A stretch of DNA of 37,547 nt, from contig CAYTEG010000004.1 of assembly GCA_964436805.1 (NCBI GenBank), positions 1 through 37,547 of the forward strand. The letters run 5' to 3'. This DNA comes from an uncultured Candidatus Saccharibacteria bacterium. Its GTDB lineage: Bacteria; Patescibacteriota; Saccharimonadia; Saccharimonadales; EFPC-124. Of this stretch, positions 18,097 through 26,847 are shown in pieces. The notes under the pieces were generated by a model, which saw only the letters and a program-made list of their open reading frames with translations, was not told the DNA's origin and searched no databases. Each line of letters opens with the position of its first letter. Position 1 is the first letter of the stretch. The translations under genes and the position numbers were made by a program.

Positions 18097-18824
18097 TGGT
18101 TGATTGACCGCTCGAATCCGCTGATTGGGTCGTACCAGCCCTGTTCGAGCACAAATGCCTGCAGCGTTTTATCGAGCCCAAACATAACCGCAAGGCCGAC
18201 TACTATAAATGCCACACCTACAACCCGCCGAAAAATCCCTTTGGGATTGCTGAGCCATTTTAATTTGCTCACAAGCGACTGGCCAAGCCAGGTTATAACC
18301 AGCAGGCTGGCGCTTAGGCCGACCGCGTACGCGGCCAAATACAGCAGACCTTCGGCGAACGATGCCGGCAGAATGCTGGCGACAATCAGCGCGTAGGTTG
18401 GGCTGCAACTGCTAAATACCGGCCCGAGCGCCGCGCCAATTAAAATGGCGCCGAGCACGCCGTTTTTGCGCGATGCGTTGCCGAGCGCCGTGTTGGTTTT
18501 AGTAAAAAATCCGCTCCGCGCCGAAAGTTGCTCGTACAGTTTTGGCCACAAAAAATCAATTCCCAAAAGTAATACCAGCCCGCCCGACATCACCTGCCAC
18601 ACCATTTGCGGCACGCCCAAAAGCGCGGTGCTGGCCTTGAGTGCAACCGAAAAAACAACCACCGATACCGCCAAACTTGCCGTTACAACGAGCGGCCGCA
18701 GAGCGGATTGTTTTTGCCCGCCCACCACCGATCCGCCGACAATTACTGGCAGCAGCGGCAAAATGCACGGCGCGGCAACGGTTAAAACGCCGGCCACAAA
18801 CGATACGACCAACAATGTAAACAT
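18093..18824 (-). CDS. ccdA: Cytochrome c biogenesis CcdA/DsbD-family membrane thiol-disulfide transporter
   Basis: AGVLTVAAPCILPLLP and GPVFSSCSP motifs; about 6 TM; coupled to a thioredoxin gene. Confidence 0.85.
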   Translation of the reverse strand: MFTLLVVSFVAGVLTVAAPCILPLLPVIVGGSVVGGQKQSALRPLVVTASLAVSVVVFSVALKASTALLGVPQMVWQVMSGGLVLLLGIDFLWPKLYEQLSARSGFFTKTNTALGNASRKNGVLGAILIGAALGPVFSSCSPTYALIVASILPASFAEGLLYLAAYAVGLSASLLVITWLGQSLVSKLKWLSNPKGIFRRVVGVAFIVVGLAVMFGLDKTLQAFVLEQGWYDPISGFERSINH

Positions 18825-19276
18825 TATTGCACCCCTTTAAGTGCGGCGGCGAGCGTCGGGTCGTCGTAGGCCACAAATTTTTGCAGCATGTTGCCGGCGT
18901 CGTCGACCCGCACAAATGTGGTTTGGATTGTCACGCCGTATTTTTGGCGCAGCGCTTGGTTTGAATCGTAATCGACTTTAATAATCGTCGTGTCGTCGGG
19001 CACGCCTTTTGCCTTAATATCGGCGTCGAGCATACGGCACTGTGGGCACCACGGCGCGTAAAAAAACAGCAGCTTGGTGCCTGGCGTTTTTGCGATACTA
19101 TCGGCCGAATAGTCAATATAAGTACCAAAGGTCTGGGTGGCCGGCAGGTCGGTAACGGGCGGAGCGGTTTGTTGCGTGGTGGGAGCCATCGCGCTGCGTG
19201 GCATCATAACATACGCAAATGCGGCAAAAATTAAGGTTACTATCGCAATCGCGGCAAATAGTATTTTTTTATGCAT
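18824..19276 (-). CDS. Membrane-anchored thioredoxin family protein
   Basis: N-terminal TM; FFYAPWCPQC; KVDYD..LRQKYGVTIQTTFV; ATG 19276 with TATAAT 6 nt upstream. Confidence 0.9.
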   Translation of the reverse strand: MHKKILFAAIAIVTLIFAAFAYVMMPRSAMAPTTQQTAPPVTDLPATQTFGTYIDYSADSIAKTPGTKLLFFYAPWCPQCRMLDADIKAKGVPDDTTIIKVDYDSNQALRQKYGVTIQTTFVRVDDAGNMLQKFVAYDDPTLAAALKGVQ

Positions 19277-19337
19277 GTTAGCATTATACAACGCTTGTGG
19301 TTTTGTGGTATGCTATGGGTAATAACAACAAACAAAA

Positions 19338-20378
19338 ATGCCGCCAAATACTCTTCCACCAAATGATATTCCGCCAATTATTGTTGGTGGCCAAAACCCG
19401 CACAGTAGTGTGTGGCAGGTTATTTTTGGTGGCAAGCGCTTGATCGCCTGGATTATTGCCGGAGTGATCGGCCTTGGCTCGATCGGCGGCCTCACGTTTT
19501 ATTCGGTGATGCAGCAAAATAAACCGGCCGAACAAACAACCGCGCCGCAAGCCCAGCCCAGCACTGTTGGTACCACACAACCCGACTCCACAACGCAACA
19601 AACCACGACACCCCAGCCAACAGACACGCCGACGCAAACGACGCCGACTACAAATAGTACCCCTAAAAAAAGCACTTCGGGCGGGAGCACGGGCAGCAGC
19701 ACGGGCGGCGGCACAAGCAACAGTGGCGGCGGAGGCGGCACCGGTGGCGGTGGCAGCACGCCGCCGGCTAAAATTGCGCTTAAAATTATGCCACTCGGCG
19801 ATTCGATCACCCAGGGCGGCGTTGGTGGCGACCCCAACACAATTAACAGCTACCGTTTGCAAGTATGGAACGATTTGTTAGATGACTACACCATCGACTA
19901 CGTGGGCTCGTGGCAAAACGGTAACTCCAGCCTCCCCGACAAAGACCTTAACGGTTTTAGCGGCAACTGTATTAAAACCGACCCATGCCACGGCGACGTA
20001 CCGCTGTACAACCAAACCGCTGGCTGGATTACCGCCGAAGACCCCGACCTTGTCATTATGCAAGGCGGCGGCAACGATTTTGTCGACCCAACCATGACCG
20101 AAACAAAGGTAGAAGGCTACATGGAAGACTGGATTGCCCTGGTATTCGCCACCAAACCCAGCGTCAAAATTATTGTCACCGGCGCGCCGCAGTGGTACCC
20201 TAACTATTCAACCGCGCTCGAAAACTATGTGACCCAGCAAAGAAACCTCGGCAAGCCTATTCGCTACGTAACATACGACGATGTCGCGACCCTAGACGGT
20301 ACCCACCCGTCTCTTGCCGGCTACGTAACCTGGGGTGATGCGCTGGCCGCAAAAGTGCGCGAGCTGTTTCCAAATTAA
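19338..20378 (+). CDS. Membrane-anchored SGNH/GDSL hydrolase (carbohydrate esterase-like)
   Basis: TM, T/P/G-rich linker, IMPLGDSITQG, GGGND and DGTHPS blocks. Confidence 0.85.
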   Translation: MPPNTLPPNDIPPIIVGGQNPHSSVWQVIFGGKRLIAWIIAGVIGLGSIGGLTFYSVMQQNKPAEQTTAPQAQPSTVGTTQPDSTTQQTTTPQPTDTPTQTTPTTNSTPKKSTSGGSTGSSTGGGTSNSGGGGGTGGGGSTPPAKIALKIMPLGDSITQGGVGGDPNTINSYRLQVWNDLLDDYTIDYVGSWQNGNSSLPDKDLNGFSGNCIKTDPCHGDVPLYNQTAGWITAEDPDLVIMQGGGNDFVDPTMTETKVEGYMEDWIALVFATKPSVKIIVTGAPQWYPNYSTALENYVTQQRNLGKPIRYVTYDDVATLDGTHPSLAGYVTWGDALAAKVRELFPN

Positions 20379-20379
20379 C

Positions 20380-20766
20380 TTACAGCCGCACTAACTCGCC
20401 GCGCCGTTTGACAATATTTTTGTAATCCCACTGGATGGCTTCGGCTTTTTGCAGCCAGCGCTGTAAATCGCCAACGTTAATTTGGTCGGCGCTGGTGTAG
20501 CGCATTTGGGCGGCTTTAAAGGTGCCTTCGGCTTGCAGGCCGGGCTCGTCGAACGATTGCCCGCTCCAAAATAACAGCTGAATATCGTTTTTAAGCGCGG
20601 CGTACCCCGCCACCGGGTTGCCATGTATAAACCACACCGGCGAGCGGTGCCACACTTTGCTTTCGGCGCTGGGCAATGCTTTTTGGATTTCGGCCGCCAG
20701 CTGCTCGCAAATTGCGCGGCGCTCCCCTTCTAACGCGTGGTTGTATGCAGTAATATCTTTGTTCAT
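20380..20766 (-). CDS. DUF1801 (YdhG-like) protein
   Basis: ESKVWH.SPVWF..GNPVAGY...LLFWSGQSFDEPGL..EG.FKAA...IQWDYKNIVKR.G. Confidence 0.85.
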   Translation of the reverse strand: MNKDITAYNHALEGERRAICEQLAAEIQKALPSAESKVWHRSPVWFIHGNPVAGYAALKNDIQLLFWSGQSFDEPGLQAEGTFKAAQMRYTSADQINVGDLQRWLQKAEAIQWDYKNIVKRRGELVRL

Positions 20767-20788
20767 ATACTTATTGTACGCGCAAATA

Positions 20789-21454
20789 CTACGCGTCGGC
20801 GCGGATCGTCAAAACAAAAGGTTTGTCGGTATTTTTTATCATTGCCGTAACAAGCTGTAGGCAGCCGGGCACAAACGCTGTTTCGTTTTGGGCGGGCAGC
20901 GACTCGGCATCAATAGAAACAAGGTGTGCGGGGAGCGGATTTGGCAACGCCCCAAGTTCTGCCTTATGTGCATAGACCGTCATGTGTGTAATTGGCTCGC
21001 CGTCTTTATAAATAGACATATCGGCCGTGCCGCAAAAGGTGGGTTTTGTAATATGCAGGCCGCATTTTTCGTGCACCTCGCGCACGGCAGCGTCAGCGGC
21101 TTCTTCGCCAAAATGGATTTTCCCGCCAATCGGCTCCAGCAAACCGCGGTATGGCTCTTTGTGTTTGTGCATTAAAAGCAGTTGCCCGTTATGGGTAAGC
21201 AGCGTATACGTAATAACCTTTGGCATAAGCGCCGGTTTGTCGCGGCCAACCGACATATATTCGATCGCCGCCAGCCCGGCATGGGTAAGGCTATATTGGC
21301 CGCGCGATTCTTTTTGTAACAGCCCCTGGTTTTGCAGCGATTTTAAGTGGTACTGAAACTGGCTGCTTACTACATCTTTGGGCAGCATATCACTGTAACT
21401 AAGCGGTTGTTTAAACCGTAACTTTTCTAAAATATCTCTTTGCAGGCGGTGCAT
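20789..21454 (-). CDS. Winged-HTH + NUDIX fusion protein (putative regulator)
   Basis: N-terminal FQYHLKSL..GLL.K..G.YSLT..G wHTH; Nudix box GGKIHFGEEAADAAVREVHEKCGL. Confidence 0.8.
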   Translation of the reverse strand: MHRLQRDILEKLRFKQPLSYSDMLPKDVVSSQFQYHLKSLQNQGLLQKESRGQYSLTHAGLAAIEYMSVGRDKPALMPKVITYTLLTHNGQLLLMHKHKEPYRGLLEPIGGKIHFGEEAADAAVREVHEKCGLHITKPTFCGTADMSIYKDGEPITHMTVYAHKAELGALPNPLPAHLVSIDAESLPAQNETAFVPGCLQLVTAMIKNTDKPFVLTIRADA

Positions 21455-21500
21455 ACATTTATTTTACTTCTTATTTACCCGAAAAGCTTGTAAAATCATA

Positions 21501-21524
21501 TTTTGTAAAGTCAATTTTACAAAA
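21501..21524. promoter_or_regulatory. Palindrome TTTTGTAAAG-TCAA-TTTTACAAAA in a divergent intergenic region
   Basis: 9 of 10 arm positions are complementary; lies between the wHTH-NUDIX gene and the IDI-like NUDIX gene. Confidence 0.55.
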
Positions 21525-21573
21525 GTCGGCTTTACCAACGTCAGTACAACCGACAGACCAGGGAGGAAGGCAG

Positions 21574-22212
21574 ATGGCGATCGAGTTGATCGACGTCTAC
21601 GACCGGTTCATGCGTTGGACGGGCGAGCGACTGCCCAAGGATGAGCTGCACGCCCAGGGCAAGCTGCACATTTGCGTGCACTGTGTTATCACCAACGGTA
21701 ATTGTGAGGTACTCGCACAGTTCCGCGGCAAGGTCGGGCACATGCCGGAAGTTTGGGACGCCATGAGCATTGCCGGGCACATTACGGCGCTCACCGACGA
21801 AGAGCGCGCCGACCCGGCGATGTGGGACGTGCTTTGGCAGGCGTGGCGCGCGGCGCAGCGTGAAGGCCAAGAAGAGCTTGGCGTAGAGTTGCCCGACAAC
21901 ATGTTGCTGGGCGACGACTGCCGGTTGGTGGGCGTTACGCTCGTCGACCAACTCACCGTTGCCGGCTGGCGCGACCACGCGTTCTGCATCAACTTCATGG
22001 TGCGGCTGCCCGAGCTCGAGATTTCGCAGCTCAAGCTCGAGGTGCCGAAGGTCACTGCTGCGAAGTGGGTGCACGTCAGCGACATCGAAGCCTGGCTCGA
22101 AAGTCGCGAGGGCGCGCCGTATGCCACGCGCATGCCCGACGACTACGAACTGCTGCAAAGCGTGGTAGATACTGCCCGCCGCATGTTGATCGTGGAGCAG
22201 GACGACGAATGA
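21574..22212 (+). CDS. NUDIX hydrolase, IPP-isomerase type 1/YfcD-like
   Basis: ELIDVYD..TG...K..H..G.LH..VHC.I.N....L.Q.R.....P..WD..AGH...AAQRE..EELG; GGGAGG SD. Confidence 0.8.
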   Translation: MAIELIDVYDRFMRWTGERLPKDELHAQGKLHICVHCVITNGNCEVLAQFRGKVGHMPEVWDAMSIAGHITALTDEERADPAMWDVLWQAWRAAQREGQEELGVELPDNMLLGDDCRLVGVTLVDQLTVAGWRDHAFCINFMVRLPELEISQLKLEVPKVTAAKWVHVSDIEAWLESREGAPYATRMPDDYELLQSVVDTARRMLIVEQDDE

Positions 22213-22226
22213 CCTGACGAAAGTGT

Positions 22227-22263
22227 GGTGAGTAGTGCGGGCGATCTGCCTGCACTACTCACC
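22227..22263 (+). terminator. 16-bp-stem hairpin without U-tract
   Basis: GGTGAGTAGTGCGGGC-GATCT-GCCTGCACTACTCACC. Confidence 0.65.
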
Positions 22264-22288
22264 CACCGCAATATCGCTAAAATTTTAA

Positions 22289-22330
22289 ACGGCTGGCAGC
22301 CACACCCCGAAGGGCATGGCCACCAGCCGT
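22289..22330 (-). terminator. Imperfect hairpin just after the stop of the minus-strand gene
   Basis: ACGGCTGG...CCC-CGAA-GGG...CCAGCCGT. Confidence 0.5.
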
Positions 22331-22335
22331 AATTG

Positions 22336-22980
22336 TTACGCGCCGAACCATTCGCCGGGCGGGTAGAGCACGATGTACACCGACTTGCCGTTGAGATATA
22401 CATCGAGCGCATACCGGCCACCCGACGCCTTGCTCGGCATGGCCTCGGCCAGGTCGAACGTGATGTCCTTGCGGCCGCTGGGCTCGCCGTACACACCGAA
22501 CTGCCCGTCGTACGCGTCGTACGACAGACGCAGCGTCGGCTGGTCGCCCAGCGTCAGCGTTGGTGCGGCGGCCAGTTTGCCCTCGCTCTTGGCGTAGGAC
22601 GCGCCGAACTGCCGCTCCCGGTAGTCGATACGAACATGCCCGGTGGCGTACTGCTTCAGCCGGCCGAAGTGCGCCAGGTCTTCGACCCACGTGCGCACGG
22701 GCTTGTAGCCCCACGCCGCGGCCTTCGGGCCTTTCGGGCTGTCGACCATCTTGACGACGATCCACTCCAGTCGGCGCGTGCCCTTCCACCACCGCGGCTC
22801 GCGGTCGCAGAGGCGGTTGGTCAGCTGGGGCGCCTCGGGCGTGCCCTCCACCTCGCGGCATGCGCTCATGTGGAAGAACACCCGGTAGCGCCCGGCTTCG
22901 GCGAACCCGAACTTCTTGACCGGGTCGTAGCACGACACGTGCGCGATGACCGTGCCGTCAGTGCTGGTTGTGCTGTCCAT
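22336..22980 (-). CDS. Protein with N-terminal cold-shock-like OB domain and unknown C-terminal domain
   Basis: YDPVKKFGFA (RNP1-like), RVFFHMS (RNP2-like), KGPKAAAW; AAGGAG SD before ATG 22980; GC-rich. Confidence 0.7.
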   Translation of the reverse strand: MDSTTSTDGTVIAHVSCYDPVKKFGFAEAGRYRVFFHMSACREVEGTPEAPQLTNRLCDREPRWWKGTRRLEWIVVKMVDSPKGPKAAAWGYKPVRTWVEDLAHFGRLKQYATGHVRIDYRERQFGASYAKSEGKLAAAPTLTLGDQPTLRLSYDAYDGQFGVYGEPSGRKDITFDLAEAMPSKASGGRYALDVYLNGKSVYIVLYPPGEWFGA

Positions 22981-23030
22981 GGCTTCTCCTTGAATGGCTG
23001 GAACGGGGGAACCCGCACCAGACACCAGGA

Positions 23031-23197
23031 TTGACCATCAAGCTGGCGCGAGCACCGGCGAAACGCTTAAAGCCCAGCTCGACAAAATTTCGTTCGACGG
23101 TGTCACCGGCCACATTTCTTTTGACAAAAACGGTGACGTGAGTGGTAACTTTCAGGTGTCTATAATTAAAGACGGCAAACCGCAGCTGCAAAAATAA
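23031..23197 (+). pseudogene. C-terminal remnant of a branched-chain amino acid-type ABC substrate-binding protein
   Basis: AGASTGETLKAQLDKISFDGVTGHISFDKNGDV...IIKDGK matches the LivJ/LivK-type C-terminus; roughly 300 N-terminal residues are missing; 5' boundary approximate. Confidence 0.7.
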
Positions 23198-23266
23198 CAT
23201 AGGCGCATAAGTAAAACAGAATGGTGGGCATACAGTGAAATCGGCAAACAGGGTATCTGCGTTGCT

Positions 23267-25471
23267 ATGAAGATAACACAAAAGCTCCTCATTCTGTTTT
23301 TGCTTAATGCGGTGTTGCCGGTGACGGTGGTGGCGGTGTTTTCGTACTTTAATACCGCGCAGGCGCTGCGCACGCAAATCGACACGGGCATTACAAACAC
23401 CGCCAAACGCCAGGCCGACCGTATTGCGGCGCAGTACGAGTCCAACCTCGACACCTTAGGGTTGTTCCCTACTCTTATTACGGTCGACCAATCAATGGTT
23501 GATTATTTGGCAAGCCCCACTGCCGCAAACCAAAAAAAGCTTAATGAGGCGCTCGACGATACGCATCGGTTCGATACAAGTTACCGCCGCCTAAACGTGC
23601 TTAATATGGAAGGCGCGGTTATTGGTTCGACCGACCGTTCGGCGATTGGCAAAAGTTATAAAGATATGCCAATATTTGCCGAGCGTTCGGCGGGCAATGT
23701 CTCGGTATTTTTTAAAGACGCCGACGGCAAGCTGGCGCATTATGCGTTTGGGCCAATGCGCTGGGGCAATAAAGTGATTGGCTATGCCCTGCTCGAGGCG
23801 CCGGCCGAAGATTACGCTTTAATCACCCAGGATTATTCTGATTTAGGCACAACCGGCGAAACGCTTTTGCTCGGCAAAAACGATGCCGGCAAGCCGCAAT
23901 ATATGATGTCGGGCCGGTTTAATGCCGACCTTGCGCTCACCGCCTACAACACCGAATACGCCCAGGATAACCAGGATTACCGCGGCCACGCCGTACTCAC
24001 CGCCGAACGTGATGTCGAAGGCACGCCCTGGCGCATCGTGGTAAAAATGGATCAAGACGAAGTGTTTCAATCGTTGTACCAGCTTCGCAATGTCGCGGCG
24101 GTTATTACGCTCACTGCAACAGTGGTGATTGTGGCGCTGGGTTTGTATTTTTCGCGGCGCATTACTAACCCGATCCGGCAGTTTACCGACATCGTTAAGC
24201 GTATTCAGGCTGGTAATTACAATTTGCGCGTGCCGGTGACGTCGCGCGACGAAATCGGTACGCTCAGCGTGGCGTTTAACAATATGACCGACCAACTGGC
24301 CGAATCGAACCGCCAACTCGAAATGAAAGTCGCCGACCGCACCAAAACACTAGACCAAAAAGTCAAAGAGCTTGGCGACGCGAAAGCCCAGGACGATGCC
24401 ATACTTGATAGCATCGGCGACGGCATGGTCGTCACCGACGACGGCGGCAATATTTTGCTTATCAACGCCATTGCGGCTAATTTTTTGGGAGTCGACAAAG
24501 CAAAGGTTTTGCAAACATCGGCGGTTAATTTGCCACTGTACGACGAAATGGGCCAGTTATTGCCCGCCGGCCAACAGCCCATGAGCAACGCCCTTAAAAC
24601 TGGCGAAAAGATCGAAGCCCGCGTGGGGTCAATTAAAGTTGGCGGCAGCAAAATGGCTTTGGCGGTAACGGCTACCCCTGTGCTGCAGCAAGGCCAGGTG
24701 ATCGGCGCGATCCAAACAATCCGCGACGTTACCAAAGAACGCGAAGTCGACCGCATGAAAACCGAATTTATCTCGCTGGCTTCGCACCAACTACGCACGC
24801 CGCTTAGCGCCATTAAATGGTTTAGCGAAATGCTGGTAAATGGCGACGCCGGCAAGCTCACCAAAGACCAGGCCGAATTTGCCACCAACATTAGCGCTTC
24901 GACCGAACGCATGATCGACCTCGTAAATGCCTTGCTTAATATTTCGCGCATCGAATCGGGCCGGATTATTGTGCAGCCCCAACCCACCGACGTGCAAGAA
25001 CTGGTTAGTGGCGTGGTCAACGACCTAAAAGGCAAAACCGAAGCCAAAAAGCAAACTATTGTGGTAAGCGTGCACCAGGATTTGCCAAAGGTCAACCTCG
25101 ACCCACACCTTATGAGCCAGGTATACATGAACTTTTTGACCAACGCCATAAAATATACGCCCGAACACGGCGAGATTTCGGTGTTTGTGTCGCGCAGTGG
25201 CAAAGAAATCGTGTCGCAAATTACCGATAACGGGTTTGGTATTCCAAAAGAGCAGCAAAACCGCGTGTTCCAAAAATTCTTCCGCGCCGAAAACATTGTT
25301 AAGCTCGAAACCGATGGCACTGGGCTTGGCCTTTATTTGGTAAAAGCGATTATCGAATCGTCAGGCGGCCGCGTGTGGTTTAAAAGCGAGCCCGGCAAGG
25401 GCACGACCTTTTGGTTTGCTATTCCGCTGAGCGGCATGCAGGCCAAAGTGGGCGAAGTGACACTCAGTTAA
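23267..25471 (+). CDS. Sensor histidine kinase (TM-Cache-TM-HAMP-PAS-HisKA-HATPase)
   Basis: ITNPI...SRDEIGTL..AFN HAMP; ILDSIGDGMVVTD PAS; ASHQLRTPL H-box; NAIKYT, DNGFGIP, GTGLGL and GKGTTF boxes. Confidence 0.95.
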   Translation: MKITQKLLILFLLNAVLPVTVVAVFSYFNTAQALRTQIDTGITNTAKRQADRIAAQYESNLDTLGLFPTLITVDQSMVDYLASPTAANQKKLNEALDDTHRFDTSYRRLNVLNMEGAVIGSTDRSAIGKSYKDMPIFAERSAGNVSVFFKDADGKLAHYAFGPMRWGNKVIGYALLEAPAEDYALITQDYSDLGTTGETLLLGKNDAGKPQYMMSGRFNADLALTAYNTEYAQDNQDYRGHAVLTAERDVEGTPWRIVVKMDQDEVFQSLYQLRNVAAVITLTATVVIVALGLYFSRRITNPIRQFTDIVKRIQAGNYNLRVPVTSRDEIGTLSVAFNNMTDQLAESNRQLEMKVADRTKTLDQKVKELGDAKAQDDAILDSIGDGMVVTDDGGNILLINAIAANFLGVDKAKVLQTSAVNLPLYDEMGQLLPAGQQPMSNALKTGEKIEARVGSIKVGGSKMALAVTATPVLQQGQVIGAIQTIRDVTKEREVDRMKTEFISLASHQLRTPLSAIKWFSEMLVNGDAGKLTKDQAEFATNISASTERMIDLVNALLNISRIESGRIIVQPQPTDVQELVSGVVNDLKGKTEAKKQTIVVSVHQDLPKVNLDPHLMSQVYMNFLTNAIKYTPEHGEISVFVSRSGKEIVSQITDNGFGIPKEQQNRVFQKFFRAENIVKLETDGTGLGLYLVKAIIESSGGRVWFKSEPGKGTTFWFAIPLSGMQAKVGEVTLS

Positions 25472-25592
25472 ACGTTGGTTAAAAAGGGTTACCAGAGTTT
25501 TTTGTGATGCGCAGCACAATTTGCTTAATGAAGTTAATTATGTTATAGTTATACGTAGCAAAGTTATCTTTAAACTCAGAAAGTGCTTACTC

Positions 25593-26267
25593 ATGCCGAG
25601 CCTGATCGCCAGCTATGCTGTTGCTTCTGTTATTACCGGAGACACTTCAACACTTGCGACACCTTCTTTTACGCCCAGCAACGGCGAAATGATTGTGGTA
25701 AAAGCGGCAACGTGGGATACCGGCACGGCAAGCGGAACCCCCAGTGGTGGCAGCCTGGTCTACACCCGCCAGGTAACGGCACAGCCCGGCGGCTTTAACG
25801 GCTACGGCACTATTTTTACCGCTGTGGTATCGGGCTCGCCTGGCTCGATGGTCGTGACTCTTTCGGCGCCGGCCGCGACCTGTTATCACAGTATGACGGT
25901 TGAGCGTTGGTCGAGCGCCCAAGTTGCCGGCACGCCCGCGACAAACAGCACCATTAACGGGTCGGGCGCGCCATCGGCAACACTTACAACGACGGCCAAC
26001 AACTCAATTATTACCTGGCTTAATGTCGACCTTGCCAGCCAAGACCCAGCATCGCGCGCCTACCGTTCGAGCGCAGTCGAAGACGGCCTGGCCGACGGCC
26101 ATCTTAACACCAACAGTGTGCATTATTATGCGTACCAAACCGCAGCCGTCGCTGGCAGCCAAACTATTGGCTTAACCGCGCCGGGCAGCCAAACCTGGAC
26201 AATGACCGGCATCGAAATAAAAGACGCTCCCCCGGCCGGCGCCGTGACCTGGATGTTTAGCGCTTAG
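25593..26267 (+). CDS. Thr/Ser/Ala-rich beta-sandwich protein without signal peptide (phage tail/surface-like domain)
   Basis: ORF 25521..26267, likely ATG 25593 after an AT-rich intergenic stretch; beta-strand pattern ending WTMTGIEIK. Confidence 0.6.
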   Translation: MPSLIASYAVASVITGDTSTLATPSFTPSNGEMIVVKAATWDTGTASGTPSGGSLVYTRQVTAQPGGFNGYGTIFTAVVSGSPGSMVVTLSAPAATCYHSMTVERWSSAQVAGTPATNSTINGSGAPSATLTTTANNSIITWLNVDLASQDPASRAYRSSAVEDGLADGHLNTNSVHYYAYQTAAVAGSQTIGLTAPGSQTWTMTGIEIKDAPPAGAVTWMFSA

Positions 26268-26775
26268 TCGCCTTATATAAAATCGCAATTGTTTTGGTGT
26301 CGGTGATTTGGTTGCTGTCGACCATGGTTTGTAACTCTTTAACCGGCAGCCATTTGTGCGAATCTACGGCTTCGTCGTTTGTTTTTTTAGGTGTGTCGGT
26401 TAGGTTGGTCGCCTCAAAAATGTAGGCTTTGTGCCTTGAAATGCCGACCGCGTCGTCGAGCTCGCACAAAAGCCGCCAGTTTTTGGCAGTGTAGCCAGTT
26501 TCTTCGGCCAGCTCGCGCTTGGCTGCAGCCAGTGGTTGCTCACCTTCTTCGATGCCGCCCGCCGGGAATTCGATTGTCGTGGCGTTAAGCGTAAACCGAT
26601 CCTGCTGTACCATTAGTAATTCGTCGCCCCGGCGCGCCACAACCATAATAAACGGCCGCGTCTCGATAATTGTGTAGGTGCCCGGCTTACCCGCCGGCGA
26701 TATAACGTCGCTTTTTACAAGGCTCAACCAGTTATTTTTAAAGACAATGGTGCTGCGCAGTGTTTGCCAGGGCAT
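26257..26775 (-). CDS. NUDIX hydrolase (ADP-ribose pyrophosphatase-like)
   Basis: Canonical box EFPAGGIEEGEQPLAAAKRELAEETGY; N-terminal G..GTY; C-terminal ITDTKT. Confidence 0.9.
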   Translation of the reverse strand: MPWQTLRSTIVFKNNWLSLVKSDVISPAGKPGTYTIIETRPFIMVVARRGDELLMVQQDRFTLNATTIEFPAGGIEEGEQPLAAAKRELAEETGYTAKNWRLLCELDDAVGISRHKAYIFEATNLTDTPKKTNDEAVDSHKWLPVKELQTMVDSNQITDTKTIAILYKATKR

Positions 26776-26847
26776 AATAATCCTTTTTTATCGAACTTGT
26801 ATTATAATACTACCACTAGATTGCCTTCCGCGCCCTAGGAGGTTTCG

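Noticed and set aside
19540-19770. Low-complexity ACN/GGC-rich tract
   Set aside because: Encodes the Thr/Pro/Gly linker of the SGNH hydrolase; not an independent element.
22995-23020. tRNA 3'-end remnant (minus strand GCGGGTTCCCCCGTTCCAGCCA) as an att site
   Set aside because: The loop is too short for a T-arm, no cloverleaf can be built, and no second copy was seen.
21541-23034. Long antisense or alternate-frame ORFs (21541..22158, 22333..23034, 22277..22933; also 24217..25320, 16221..17012, 6842..7681)
   Set aside because: Shadow ORFs of GC-rich or codon-biased real genes; no recognisable motifs.
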